Assembly (NCBI GenBank): GCA_045598385.1
Contig: JAZLLY010000019.1
Location: 1,205 to 65,204 of the forward strand
DNA from: Eubacteriales bacterium
Lineage (GTDB): Bacteria; Bacillota; Clostridia; Oscillospirales; CAG-272
Direction of reading: 5' to 3'
DNA length: 64,000 bases
Shown here: positions 55,920 to 64,000 of the stretch, piece by piece
Numbering within the stretch: the stretch's first letter is position 1
Layout of the letters: each line of letters begins with the position of its first letter
Notes under the pieces: generated by a model
Database searches by the model: none
Told to the model about the DNA's origin: nothing
What the model saw: only the letters and a program-made list of their open reading frames with translations
Made by a program: the position numbers and the translations under genes

Positions 55920-55981
55920 AAACACCTCTGTCACGTCTTTTTGCCCTCTCATATACTGGCATTGAAAGGGAGTGGTCAAAA

Positions 55982-56218
55982 ATGACGTTTGATACCGAAA
56001 AATTAAAAGCATACGCAGCATTGCCCGACGATAAACTCTGGGCAGAGATCGTTTCACTCGCGCAAAACCGCGGGATCCGTCTCCCCGGCAACGTGCCGGA
56101 TCACACGGATATGGAAAGGATCCGTTCCGTCCTCTGCGGGAACGAAAAAATGCATCTTTCCGACGCGGCGCGCCTCGTCAACGAATACAAGAAGAAATAC
56201 GGAGGCGGAACCCGTTGA
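55982..56218 (+). CDS. Hypothetical 78-aa protein (first of three translationally coupled small ORFs)
   Basis: GGGAG RBS. Its stop overlaps the next start (TTGA). Confidence 0.55.
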   Translation: MTFDTEKLKAYAALPDDKLWAEIVSLAQNRGIRLPGNVPDHTDMERIRSVLCGNEKMHLSDAARLVNEYKKKYGGGTR

Positions 56219-56514
56219 GCGAGAACGAAAAGAGCGTACCCGATCTTTCCGAAGTCGTCTCGAAGATCATGGAGAAACCCGGGCTCGTTGAAAAGATCGC
56301 GGGGCTCATCTCGGAGGAAACGGAAAGCGCGCCGTCCCCCGCCGAAGCGGCGGAAGTATCCGTCCTTGCACCCGCGGACGGAGGGGAGGAGGGGAGGCGC
56401 CGGCAAAAACTGCTCGGCGCTCTTCGCCCTTACCTGTCGCCCGAGCGGGCGCGGCTGCTCGACTCCATGTCGGCGGTGCTGGATCTGATGGAAACGATGG
56501 GGAGGGGCGTCTGA
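56215..56514 (+). CDS. Hypothetical 99-aa acidic protein
   Basis: TTG start 9 nt after GGAGG. Its stop overlaps the next ATG (TGATG). Confidence 0.5.
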   Translation: MSENEKSVPDLSEVVSKIMEKPGLVEKIAGLISEETESAPSPAEAAEVSVLAPADGGEEGRRRQKLLGALRPYLSPERARLLDSMSAVLDLMETMGRGV

Positions 56515-56948
56515 TGTATTACCGTGAGCAAAGCCCCGAGGAAGTTCGCGTCCCCCACGCGTACGACGGCGTCGCGTTCCGCGACGGGGGAAACGACGAA
56601 TACATAGAAGAGATAAAACCGAACCGCAACCCCTGGGAAGCGGAACCGGAGCCGAAAGCGCCGCAGGCGCAAAGCACGGCAGAGCCGGAATCGGCAAAAA
56701 CGCCGAAAACCGAGAGCGTCTTTTCGACGATCAGAAATCTTTTTCCGATGGGGGACGCGCTCAAAGGACTGAATCTGCCCGCTTTTCTCGGGAAGTTCAT
56801 GTCCGGTTCGCCGAAGAAGAAGGGCGGGGACGATAACCGCGAAGAGGAAAACCTGATGCTTCTCCTCGTCGCCGCGATCCTCTTCTTTTCCCCGAAGGGG
56901 GATAAAAAGGCGGCACTTTTGCTTCTTCTCGTGTACGTCCTGGCGTAA
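56514..56948 (+). CDS. Hypothetical 144-aa protein with C-terminal TM hairpin
   Basis: GGGGAGGGG RBS. C-terminal LMLLLVAAILFF...AALLLLLVYVLA. Confidence 0.55.
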   Translation: MYYREQSPEEVRVPHAYDGVAFRDGGNDEYIEEIKPNRNPWEAEPEPKAPQAQSTAEPESAKTPKTESVFSTIRNLFPMGDALKGLNLPAFLGKFMSGSPKKKGGDDNREEENLMLLLVAAILFFSPKGDKKAALLLLLVYVLA

Positions 56949-57000
56949 CGCAAGCCCTTTCCTGTCAAAAGATTCTTTGGATTTACCATCATTATATAAG

Positions 57001-57030
57001 AAAACGCCCGATTCCGCAAGGGCGTTTTTT
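57001..57030 (+). terminator. Intrinsic terminator after the small-ORF operon
   Basis: AACGCCC-loop-GGGCGTT followed by T6. Confidence 0.75.
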
Positions 57031-57039
57031 GATTTCCTC

Positions 57040-57068
57040 TTGCAACGGTCGGCGGGTTGTGGTATAAT
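57040..57068 (+). promoter_or_regulatory. Sigma-A-type promoter with extended -10 (TTGCAA-17-TGgTATAAT) for the THF riboswitch and folT
   Basis: Hexamers at 57040-57045 and 57063-57068, with TG at 57060-57061. Confidence 0.6.
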
Positions 57069-57076
57069 CATGGCTA

Positions 57077-57170
57077 ACAGAGTAGGAACAGGCGCGAACA
57101 GTGTCTGCGGGACGGGGAGTTGTCCGCAGAACGAAAGGGAAACCGCGGTGCCTCTTCCGCATCCCACTGT
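57077..57170 (+). promoter_or_regulatory. THF (tetrahydrofolate) riboswitch
   Basis: ACAGAGUAGGAACAGGCGCG...GGGACGGGGAG...ACGAAAGGGAAACCGCGGUG...CCGCAUCCCACUGU aligns by eye to the folT-motif aptamer (AGAGUAG, CGCG, ACGAA, GCGGUG, GCAUCC). Lies directly upstream of a folT-like gene. Confidence 0.8.
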
Positions 57171-57205
57171 GAAAACAGCAATCTATGGATACACTCTGTC
57201 GGAGA

Positions 57206-57973
57206 ATGATGAAAAATAACGATTCCGACATCCAAACGCTTTCCGGGCGTTCTTCCTTGCGCGAGTATCTCTGCGCCTCGGTCAACGATTTTCGCGACCT
57301 CAAAAAAATCACCCTCGCGGGGTTGATGGCGGCGCTGTCCGCCGCCCTGCAAATCGTAACACTGTCCCTGACGAGCAGTTTGAAGATCCAGATCACCTTT
57401 CTCGTCAGCGCGATCAGCGGCGCGATGTTCGGCCCGTTTCTCTCGCTTTTGCGCGGTGCGGTCGCCGATATTGTGGGCTTTCTCTTGTACTCGAGCGACC
57501 CGTTTTTCTTCGGATACACCCTCTCGGCGATGCTCGGCGCCCTCGTCTATTCCTTGTTTCTCTACCGTCAGAAGATCACACTCTTTCGGATTTTCGTCTC
57601 GAAAGCGATCGTCAATTACGCTGTCAACGCGGCGCTCGGCAGCGTCTGGAACGTGATGCTTCTCGGCAAAAATACGTATCTCGGCTATCTCGCGGTGTCT
57701 CTCGCCAAAAATACGGTGCTTCTGCCGCTCGAGGTTCTCGTGATTCTTTTGCTCTTCTCTTCGCTCATCCCCGTGATGTCGCGGTACGGGCTGATCAAAA
57801 AACAGGAGACTTTCGAGGTGCGGGCGGTCACGGTCGTCTCGCTCTGCGCCCTCTTTTTTCTCATCGGCGCGGTTCTCATCCTGTATTTCGTATTTCCCGA
57901 CACCCTTTCGGCGATCTTCTCGCCGATCTATACCGCCGTCAAAGATTTCTTCAAAACCCGTCTTGTCAAATAA
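57206..57973 (+). CDS. folT: Folate-family ECF transporter S component
   Basis: Polytopic S-component pattern (FGPFLSLLRGAVADIVGFLL, FFFGYTLSAMLGALVYSLFLY). Sits behind the THF riboswitch. GGAG RBS. Confidence 0.8.
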   Translation: MMKNNDSDIQTLSGRSSLREYLCASVNDFRDLKKITLAGLMAALSAALQIVTLSLTSSLKIQITFLVSAISGAMFGPFLSLLRGAVADIVGFLLYSSDPFFFGYTLSAMLGALVYSLFLYRQKITLFRIFVSKAIVNYAVNAALGSVWNVMLLGKNTYLGYLAVSLAKNTVLLPLEVLVILLLFSSLIPVMSRYGLIKKQETFEVRAVTVVSLCALFFLIGAVLILYFVFPDTLSAIFSPIYTAVKDFFKTRLVK

Positions 57974-57982
57974 GGAGGACTT

Positions 57983-58327
57983 ATGCCTTTCATCGAAACT
58001 CTGACTTCCGTCGCGATCCCGGCGGAAAAAGAAAAGATCCTGAAAGAAAAGTTCGGAAAAGCGATCGAAGCCCTGCCCGGGAAGTCCGAAAGATGGCTGA
58101 TGCTGCATTTCGAGGACAAAGCCCGTATGGCGTTCGCGGGAGACGGAAACACCCCCGCCGCCATGCTGAAAGTGGACGTTTACGGCGAGGGAGATTACGC
58201 TTCGTTCGACAAACTGACGGGGCTTCTCACCGATATCGTTTCGGAAGAACTGGGCATCCCGAAAAACCGCGTTTACGTGCGTTTTTCCGAAACACCGTAT
58301 TGGGGCTATAACGGCGGACTGTTCTGA
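57983..58327 (+). CDS. MIF/tautomerase-superfamily protein (Pro-1 after Met)
   Basis: 114 aa starting MPF, with C-terminal WGYNGGLF resembling MIF-related tautomerases. AAGGAGG RBS. Confidence 0.6.
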   Translation: MPFIETLTSVAIPAEKEKILKEKFGKAIEALPGKSERWLMLHFEDKARMAFAGDGNTPAAMLKVDVYGEGDYASFDKLTGLLTDIVSEELGIPKNRVYVRFSETPYWGYNGGLF

Positions 58328-58371
58328 AAAAGCGAAGACGGCGCGCGCCGCATGCTATAATATCCGTTCCT

Positions 58372-58687
58372 TATACGCCTGTGGCGTATATCATCCGCGT
58401 AAGTGGATATCATTGTAAAAAACAAAATTATAAAGTGATGTTTGTCCTGACGGGCAAGTTATGGTGCGCGTAAACGCGCAGTTATGATTTGCGCAAGCGC
58501 AAAGTTATGATTCTCGCTCCGCTCGCAGTTATGATTTGCGGTTGCACCGCAAAGTTATGAGATGTGTTCCTACACGCCCGCAGGCACATCACTCGCCGCA
58601 GGCGTACATCACGCACGGAGTGCGCATCACGTTCCGCTTGCGGAACACATCGTTGAAAAAACCACTTGCAAAAGCAAGTGGTTTTTT
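58372..58687 (+). repeat. Hairpin/linker array plus terminator hairpin (copy 5), abutting tRNA-Gln
   Basis: Ten stem-loops separated by AGTGATGT or AGTTATGRT (left half) and ACATCAC or GCATCAC (right half), then CCACTTGC-AAAA-GCAAGTGG and T6. Confidence 0.85.
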
Positions 58688-58688
58688 C

Positions 58689-58763
58689 TGGCAGGGGTAG
58701 CTGGATTCGGACCAACGAGTGCAGGAGTCAAAGTCCTGTGCCTTACCGCTTGGCTATACCCCC
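58689..58763 (-). tRNA. tRNA-Gln (anticodon TTG), CCA encoded
   Basis: Reverse complement is GGGGGTATAGCCAAGCGGTAAGGCACAGGACTTTGACTCCTGCACTCGTTGGTCCGAATCCAGCTACCCCTGCCA. The cloverleaf was folded by hand. Confidence 0.9.
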
Positions 58764-58888
58764 TTATCGGTCGCTTGCTTATTGTATCAAATTATTTTCG
58801 AAAAGTCAATCGTTTGCCGAAAAAAACCTCGTTTCGCTTTCCGCGTTCCTTAATTTTACGTGAATTGCATTTTTCTCGTTTTTTTCTA

Positions 58889-58917
58889 TTGCAAAATCGG
58901 GCGGAATGCGCTATAAT
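58889..58917 (+). promoter_or_regulatory. Sigma-A-type promoter (TTGCAA-17-TATAAT) for guaB
   Basis: Hexamers at 58889-58894 and 58912-58917. Confidence 0.55.
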
Positions 58918-58954
58918 AGACAAAATTTATAAAGAACCGACAAGGGAGACGCTT

Positions 58955-60457
58955 ATGGCAACCTATTACGAAGAACCCTCTCATACTTTTAACGAGTACC
59001 TTTTGGTGCCCGGCTATTCCTCCGCGGAATGCATCCCGGCGAATGTCTCGCTGAAGACGCCGCTCGTGCGTTTCAAGAAAGGCGAAGAACCCGCGATCTC
59101 TCTGAATATTCCTCTGGTATCCGCCATCATGCAGTCGGTCTCCGGCGAAAGACTCGCCATTGCCCTGGCACAGGAAGGCGGCATTTCCTTTATTTTCGGT
59201 TCGCAATCCGTTGAGAGTGAAGCCGCCATGGTCGCCAAGGTCAAGGGATACAAGGCGGGTTTCGTCCGCAGTGACTCCAATCTCAAGCCCGACGACACAC
59301 TCGCCGACGTGCTGGCGCTCAAAGAAAAGAACGGTCACTCGACCGTCGCCATCACCGACGACGGCACCCCGGACGGCAAGCTGCTCGGTATTGTCACCGG
59401 CCGTGACTACCGCGTGAGCCGCATGGATCTGTCCGACAAGGTCGCATCCTTTATGACGCCCCTCGAAAAACTCGTCACCGCCCCCGAGGGCACAACGCTC
59501 AAAGAGGCGAACGATATTATCTGGGATCACAAGCTCAACTCCCTCCCCATCGTGGCAAAAGACGGCAGTCTTCTCTACTTCGTGTTCCGCAAGGACTACG
59601 ATCAGCACAAGAAGAACCCCCTCGAACTGCTCGACGGGCAGAAGCGGTATCTCGTCGGCGCGGGCACCAACACCCGTGACTACGCGGAGCGCGTTCCCGC
59701 GCTTGTGGACGCCGGCGTGGACGTACTCTGCATCGACTCCTCCGAGGGCTTCTCCGAATGGCAGAAGCGCACGATCGCCTGGATCCGTGAGAAATACGGA
59801 AGCGACGTGAAAGTCGGCGCCGGAAACGTCGTGGACCGCGAGGGCTTCCGCTTTCTCGCCGACTGCGGCGCCGATTTCGTCAAGGTCGGTATCGGCGGCG
59901 GGTCGATCTGCTTCACCCGTGAATCAAAGGGCATCGGCAGAGGACAGGCCACGGCGCTGATCGAGGTCTGCAAAGCCCGCGACGAATACTTCAAAGAGAC
60001 CGGCGTTTACGTCCCCGTCTGCTCCGACGGCGGTATCGTCCACGACCACCACATGACGCTTGCACTCGCCATGGGTGCCGACTTCATCATGCTTGGACGC
60101 TATTTCGCGCGCTTCGACGAAAGCCCGACGGCGAAAGTCAACGTCAACGGAACGCTCATGAAAGAGTACTGGGGCGAGGGAAGCAACCGCGCCCGCAACT
60201 GGCAGCGGTACGACCTCGGCGGAAGCGCAAAACTCTCCTTTGAGGAGGGCGTGGATTCTTACGTTCCTTACGCCGGAAAACTCTCCGACAACGTCCAGCA
60301 GAGTCTGTCGAAAGTCCGTTCCACCATGTGCAACTGCGGAGCGCTCACGATCCCGGAATTGCAGAAGAACGCGAAGCTCACGCTCGTTTCCGCCGTTTCC
60401 ATCGTGGAGGGCGGCGCGCACGACGTCACGCTCAAATCCACCGGCAAAAGCGTATAA
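58955..60457 (+). CDS. guaB: IMP dehydrogenase
   Basis: 500 aa from [20 protein letters not shown], with a CBS pair, the catalytic-loop region [12 protein letters not shown], and the C-terminal flap. GGGAG RBS. The track start 58562 runs through the tRNA and repeat array. Confidence 0.92.
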   Translation: MATYYEEPSHTFNEYLLVPGYSSAECIPANVSLKTPLVRFKKGEEPAISLNIPLVSAIMQSVSGERLAIALAQEGGISFIFGSQSVESEAAMVAKVKGYKAGFVRSDSNLKPDDTLADVLALKEKNGHSTVAITDDGTPDGKLLGIVTGRDYRVSRMDLSDKVASFMTPLEKLVTAPEGTTLKEANDIIWDHKLNSLPIVAKDGSLLYFVFRKDYDQHKKNPLELLDGQKRYLVGAGTNTRDYAERVPALVDAGVDVLCIDSSEGFSEWQKRTIAWIREKYGSDVKVGAGNVVDREGFRFLADCGADFVKVGIGGGSICFTRESKGIGRGQATALIEVCKARDEYFKETGVYVPVCSDGGIVHDHHMTLALAMGADFIMLGRYFARFDESPTAKVNVNGTLMKEYWGEGSNRARNWQRYDLGGSAKLSFEEGVDSYVPYAGKLSDNVQQSLSKVRSTMCNCGALTIPELQKNAKLTLVSAVSIVEGGAHDVTLKSTGKSV

Positions 60458-60522
60458 GCCATAATGACAGGGTGCCCTGAAACTTTTCGGTTTTTCGGCA
60501 CCCTTTTGATAAGAGGTCCGGT

Positions 60523-61755
60523 TTGAAAAACAAATCCATTCTTTTTCTTTTCGGGGCGCTCGTCTGCGGACTGCTCGCAGGATACGGGCTCTCGTTTCTT
60601 TCCCCGGATGTGCTCGCGCCCGTCACGCGTTACGTTTTCGATCTGCCCTGCACTCTTTTCGTGACGGTGCTCCGTTACGTCGCGGGACCTTTGATCTTTC
60701 TTTGCATCGTGGCGAGCATTTACAGCTGCGGGGATTTTTCGTCTTTCGGCAGGATCGGCAAAAACGCGATCTGCCGCTTTTTGATCCTCTCCTTTGCTTC
60801 GGGCTTATTTTCGGTCCTGTTTTCCTGTCTTTTCTTCGGAATGCCGCAAGGTGCCGGGACGGGAGAAAACGGCTTTCTTGAGGTGCTTCGTCTTTTCACG
60901 AATTTCATCCCGGAAAACCCGTGGGATCCGTTTCTTGATTGCAATCTTTTGCAGATCACCTTTATGTCGGTCATCACCGGTTTTTTGCTTCTTCTCCTCG
61001 AAAAGCGCGTCAAGCCGTTCGTGAAAGCCCTCAAAAAGGCGGAAAACGCGCTTTTGCTCGTTATCCGGCTTCTCGGAAAAGTCATTCCCGTTTACGTCTT
61101 TCTCTGTGCGGGCGGGATCGTGCTTTCGGGCGAAGGCGCCGCGCTTTTGCATATCTGGCAGATGTTTCTCTGCTTCGTTCTCGTCGGTCTGATCCTCGCG
61201 GCGTTCGTCCTGCTTCGCACGAAGATCGTTACGAAAACCCGGATTTTGACAACTTTACGCAACATTTTACCGCCTTTTATGATCGCGCTTTCCACGGCAA
61301 ACTCGACAATGGCGCTCGACGAGCATTTCCGGACGGCGGAAGAAAAACACGGCGTCACCAAAACGACCTCCCGCTTTGCCGTACCCCTCGCGATGAGCGT
61401 ATTCAAACCGGCGAGCGTGGCATATCTTTCCGTTATCGCCTGTTATATGGCGAAAGAGGCGGGGCTCACCGCATCTTTTTCCTTTATCTTTTCCGCTTCT
61501 GTCACCGCGACGCTTCTTACGTTTTCGATCCCGCCGATCCCCGGCGGCGGTCTCAACTGCTTCACCGTCCTCTTTTATCAGCTCGGTATTCCCGATTCTT
61601 TTCTGTCGCTGGCGCTCTCGATCGACCCGATCATGGAGTTCCCGATCACGGGGCTCAACAATTTTGCTCAACCCCCTGAGATCTATATTCTCGAAACCAA
61701 AAGAAAGCGGCGTGAGCAAAAAAACGCTGTTAATACCGTTGATGAAGGGGTATGA
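60523..61755 (+). CDS. Divergent dicarboxylate/amino acid:cation symporter (DAACS) family transporter
   Basis: VAGPLIFLCIV, ALSTANSTMAL and IPPIPGGG resemble DAACS hairpin and serine-rich motifs. TTG start 6 nt after AAGAGG. Confidence 0.7.
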   Translation: MKNKSILFLFGALVCGLLAGYGLSFLSPDVLAPVTRYVFDLPCTLFVTVLRYVAGPLIFLCIVASIYSCGDFSSFGRIGKNAICRFLILSFASGLFSVLFSCLFFGMPQGAGTGENGFLEVLRLFTNFIPENPWDPFLDCNLLQITFMSVITGFLLLLLEKRVKPFVKALKKAENALLLVIRLLGKVIPVYVFLCAGGIVLSGEGAALLHIWQMFLCFVLVGLILAAFVLLRTKIVTKTRILTTLRNILPPFMIALSTANSTMALDEHFRTAEEKHGVTKTTSRFAVPLAMSVFKPASVAYLSVIACYMAKEAGLTASFSFIFSASVTATLLTFSIPPIPGGGLNCFTVLFYQLGIPDSFLSLALSIDPIMEFPITGLNNFAQPPEIYILETKRKRREQKNAVNTVDEGV

Positions 61756-61852
61756 CGCGGTGCGTTTTCGGCAAAAATCCGCAATCATGCCGTGTTTTTC
61801 GCTTCGCATAAAAACGGTTTATCTGCCGTCCTTATCCATCCTTGATGACGTC

Positions 61853-61890
61853 AAAAACGGGAGGCGCAAGAACGGCTCCCGTTTTTCTTT
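61853..61890. terminator. Bidirectional terminator between the symporter and the SPFH/RHH operon
   Basis: A5, then ACGGGAG-loop-CTCCCGT, then T5. Confidence 0.65.
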
Positions 61891-61895
61891 TTGAT

Positions 61896-62120
61896 TCAGT
61901 TTTCGTTTTTCGTATTCTCGGGGATGACGACGTCGAGCGGCGCATCCAGATCCTCCGATACGTATTTTCCGTTCTTTTTTCTCTGCTTGCAGCACTCCGT
62001 GAGAAGATACTCGATCTGCCCGTTCACCGACCGGAAGTCGTCCTCCGCCCAGGCGGAAACGGCGGCAAACAATTTCGGCGACAGCCGCAGAGGAATCTGT
62101 TTTTTTCCTCCGTCCGACAT
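61896..62120 (-). CDS. Arc/MetJ-type ribbon-helix-helix protein
   Basis: KKQIPLRLSPKLFAAVSAWAEDDFRSVNGQIEYLL is a typical RHH (beta strand then two helices). Start overlaps the SPFH stop (TGATG). Confidence 0.7.
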   Translation of the reverse strand: MSDGGKKQIPLRLSPKLFAAVSAWAEDDFRSVNGQIEYLLTECCKQRKKNGKYVSEDLDAPLDVVIPENTKNEN

Positions 62121-63139
62121 CAGTAAAGACTTCCCGTATTGACGATGGGCTGTGCGTCATGGTTTCCGCAGAGGACGACCAAGAGATTGGAAACCATCGC
62201 CGCCTTTCTTTCTTCGTCGAGTTCCACGGTGTCTTTTTCTTTCAGACGGTCAAGCGCCATTTCGACCATGCCGACGGCGCCGTCCACAATCATTTTTCTC
62301 GCGTCAACGATCGCGGATGCCTGCTGTCTCTGGAGCATGACCGCGGCGATCTCGGGTGCGTATGCGAGATAGGTAATGCGCGCTTCGATGATCTCGAGTC
62401 CCGCGCCGTCCACTTTAGTCTGGATCTCGTCGCGGATGCGCGACGCTACGACCTCGCTCGACCCCCTGAGACTTCCCTCGTCGGCGATGCCGTCACCCGT
62501 GGTATCCACGTTCGGGGCGACGTCGTAAGGATAGATGCGGACGATGTTACGGAGCGCGGAATCGCACTGCAAAGAAAGGTATTCCTTATAGTTATCGACG
62601 GCGAAAACGGCTTTCGCGGTATCCACGACGCGCCACATGACGGCGATACCGATCTCGACGGGATTGCCGAGACAATCGTTGACTTTCTGCCGGTTGTTGT
62701 TGAGCGTCATGATTTTGAGAGAGATGCGGTTCGAGGCGGGCATTTCCGCTTTGGCGTTGTTGCCGTTTGTCTGCAAATTGACGGCGGGGCTCTGCGTCGA
62801 AACGTCGCCGCTCTGATTGAGTTTCGTCTGCGCCGCCGGGTTCACCGAGCCGCAGAACGGATTGACAAAATAGAAGCCCTCGCCCTTGAGCGTGCCGACG
62901 TATTTACCGAAAAGCGTGAGGACCAGCGCTTCCTGCGGCTTCAGGATCTTGAAACCGAGCGCCACGATCCAACCGACGACACAGTACGCGAGGCAAATAA
63001 AGAATGGCACGGGGTGCGCGACTTCTTCTCCGTCGCCGCCCGAGAGAATAAGACCGACGATCGCCGCGACGTAAAGCAGCACCGTCAGACAGAGAACGAG
63101 AAGACCGTTTTGTTTTCCCTTGAGGATCTTTTCTTCCAT
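62120..63139 (-). CDS. SPFH/Band-7 domain membrane protein
   Basis: N-terminal TM hairpin, SPFH core (ALRNIVRIYPYD...EARITYLAYAPEIAAVMLQRQQA) and a coiled C-terminus. AAGGAG RBS before ATG 63139. Confidence 0.8.
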   Translation of the reverse strand: MEEKILKGKQNGLLVLCLTVLLYVAAIVGLILSGGDGEEVAHPVPFFICLAYCVVGWIVALGFKILKPQEALVLTLFGKYVGTLKGEGFYFVNPFCGSVNPAAQTKLNQSGDVSTQSPAVNLQTNGNNAKAEMPASNRISLKIMTLNNNRQKVNDCLGNPVEIGIAVMWRVVDTAKAVFAVDNYKEYLSLQCDSALRNIVRIYPYDVAPNVDTTGDGIADEGSLRGSSEVVASRIRDEIQTKVDGAGLEIIEARITYLAYAPEIAAVMLQRQQASAIVDARKMIVDGAVGMVEMALDRLKEKDTVELDEERKAAMVSNLLVVLCGNHDAQPIVNTGSLY

Positions 63140-63301
63140 GATCAATACTCCTTTTGATATCGTTTTGATATCACTTTCATTATAATCCGAAAACGTCATA
63201 AGTCAATACTTTTTTGAGAAAAACCGAAAAACACCGCAAAAATGGCAGAATCCCCGGGGAAAAAGTCCGAAAAAACGGTGCAACGTTTTTTCGAAAAGGG
63301 G

Positions 63302-63330
63302 TTGACAAAAGGGACTTTCCGTGATAAAAT
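63302..63330 (+). promoter_or_regulatory. Sigma-A-type promoter (TTGACA-17-TAAAAT) for the tRNA-Leu/tRNA-fMet pair
   Basis: Hexamers at 63302-63307 and 63325-63330, about 25 nt upstream of the tRNA-Leu 5' end. Confidence 0.6.
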
Positions 63331-63355
63331 AAGTGCGTTCGAAGCTAAAGGATAT

Positions 63356-63443
63356 GCCGGAATGGCGGAATTGGCAGACGCCCGGGACTTAAAATCCCGT
63401 GAGATTCTTTCTCGTACCGGTTCGACCCCGGCTTCCGGCACCA
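63356..63443 (+). tRNA. tRNA-Leu (anticodon TAA), CCA encoded, long variable arm
   Basis: GCCGGAATGGCGGAATTGGCAGACGCCCGGGACTTAAAATCCCGTGAGATTCTTTCTCGTACCGGTTCGACCCCGGCTTCCGGCACCA. Confidence 0.9.
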
Positions 63444-63446
63444 TAT

Positions 63447-63502
<56 letters not shown>

Positions 63503-63524
<22 letters not shown>

Positions 63525-64000
63525 AACGAAACTCGTTTGAACTTTTGTTCAGACGAGTTTTTCTTTTGCCTGTCTGTGAGTTCCGCAAGGATCTTATCCT
63601 GTTCTTCCTGCCTCAATCGCTTCGTTTCGGTTTTATTGGTGTTGTAGAAGATCACGACGCGATCGTCGTAAAGAACGACGCGATTGATAAACGAATTGAA
63701 GAACTCATTTTTCTCCTCGTCGTTCTTATATTGCTTCCGCGCAAAATAGTTGAGGAACGCTTTGACGGTTTCCACTTCAAGCGGCTTGACTTGCCGTGAT
63801 TTTTCCACCGTGATCTTGGCGGTCAGATCGTCTTTCGTCGCTTCCAAATCAAGCAACCGCGCTTTCGTCGTCTTGGTGATGATCCCTTGCTCGATCGCTT
63901 CCATCAAAGCGGAAATGGATTTTTCCGTGTCTTTCAATTCCTTTTCATAGGAAGTGAGAAGCACGGATTTTTTGATTTCCGCGTTGAATTTCACCACCAC
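63503..64000 (-). CDS. Large serine recombinase, C-terminal ~165 aa (5' part beyond the window)
   Basis: Coiled-coil segment EKELKDTEKSISALMEAIEQGIITKTTKARLLDLEATKDDLTAKI and tail FINRVVLYDDRVVIFYN are typical of clostridial large serine recombinases. The stop lies inside the tRNA-fMet T-loop. Confidence 0.75.
63503..64000. mobile_element. Left end of an integrated element (prophage/ICE/transposon-like) abutting tRNA-fMet
   Basis: Recombinase gene reads into the tRNA 3' end. By eye (not computed), sequence right of ~63540 looks more AT-rich than the flanking chromosome. Confidence 0.55.

Noticed and set aside
58562-58954. N-terminal extension of the guaB ORF (track start 58562)
   Set aside because: It overlaps the repeat array, the tRNA-Gln gene and the guaB promoter. 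The IMPDH homology and RBS start at 58955.

Overview
64-kb chromosomal window from a high-GC Gram-positive anaerobe, most likely Clostridia (spoVG, PrsW, SLH-domain wall protein, CsaB-like pyruvyl transferase, large serine recombinase). Gene content is mostly housekeeping: mgtE, murC, spoVG, tpiA, pgk, pyk, rsmG, nifS/nifU, guaB, a THF riboswitch with folT, and four tRNAs. It also carries glycan-utilisation genes: a PL8 lyase lipoprotein, a GH2 beta-mannosidase, an orphan MsmX/MsmK-type ABC ATPase, and a 13.4-kb seven-gene operon. That operon encodes a 1111-aa solute-binding protein, two permease pairs, a 1210-aa secreted protein and a beta-propeller/TPR/Yip1 membrane protein. I saw no cas genes, CRISPR array, rRNA or recognisable defence system. 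The most unusual signal is non-coding. A modular repeat family made of short GC hairpins, each followed by a conserved 7-9 nt linker (GTGATGT / GTTATGA or their complements), occurs at six intergenic loci. In two of them it forms a near-identical trailer right after two different tRNA genes, and one diverged copy shows compensatory substitutions. Other items worth a second look are terminator cassettes with conserved flanks but variable stems, a 140-bp tandem structured module 3' of pyk, and a coiled-coil protein with about 23 uninterrupted heptads ending in Gln. There is also an HTH-only ParB-like gene separated from rsmG by a repeat array, and a mobile-element boundary (serine recombinase) overlapping the 3' end of the initiator tRNA at the right edge. 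All family names are assigned by eye from motifs and need HMM or BLAST confirmation. Coordinates of non-ORF features were hand-counted and may be off by 1-2 nt.
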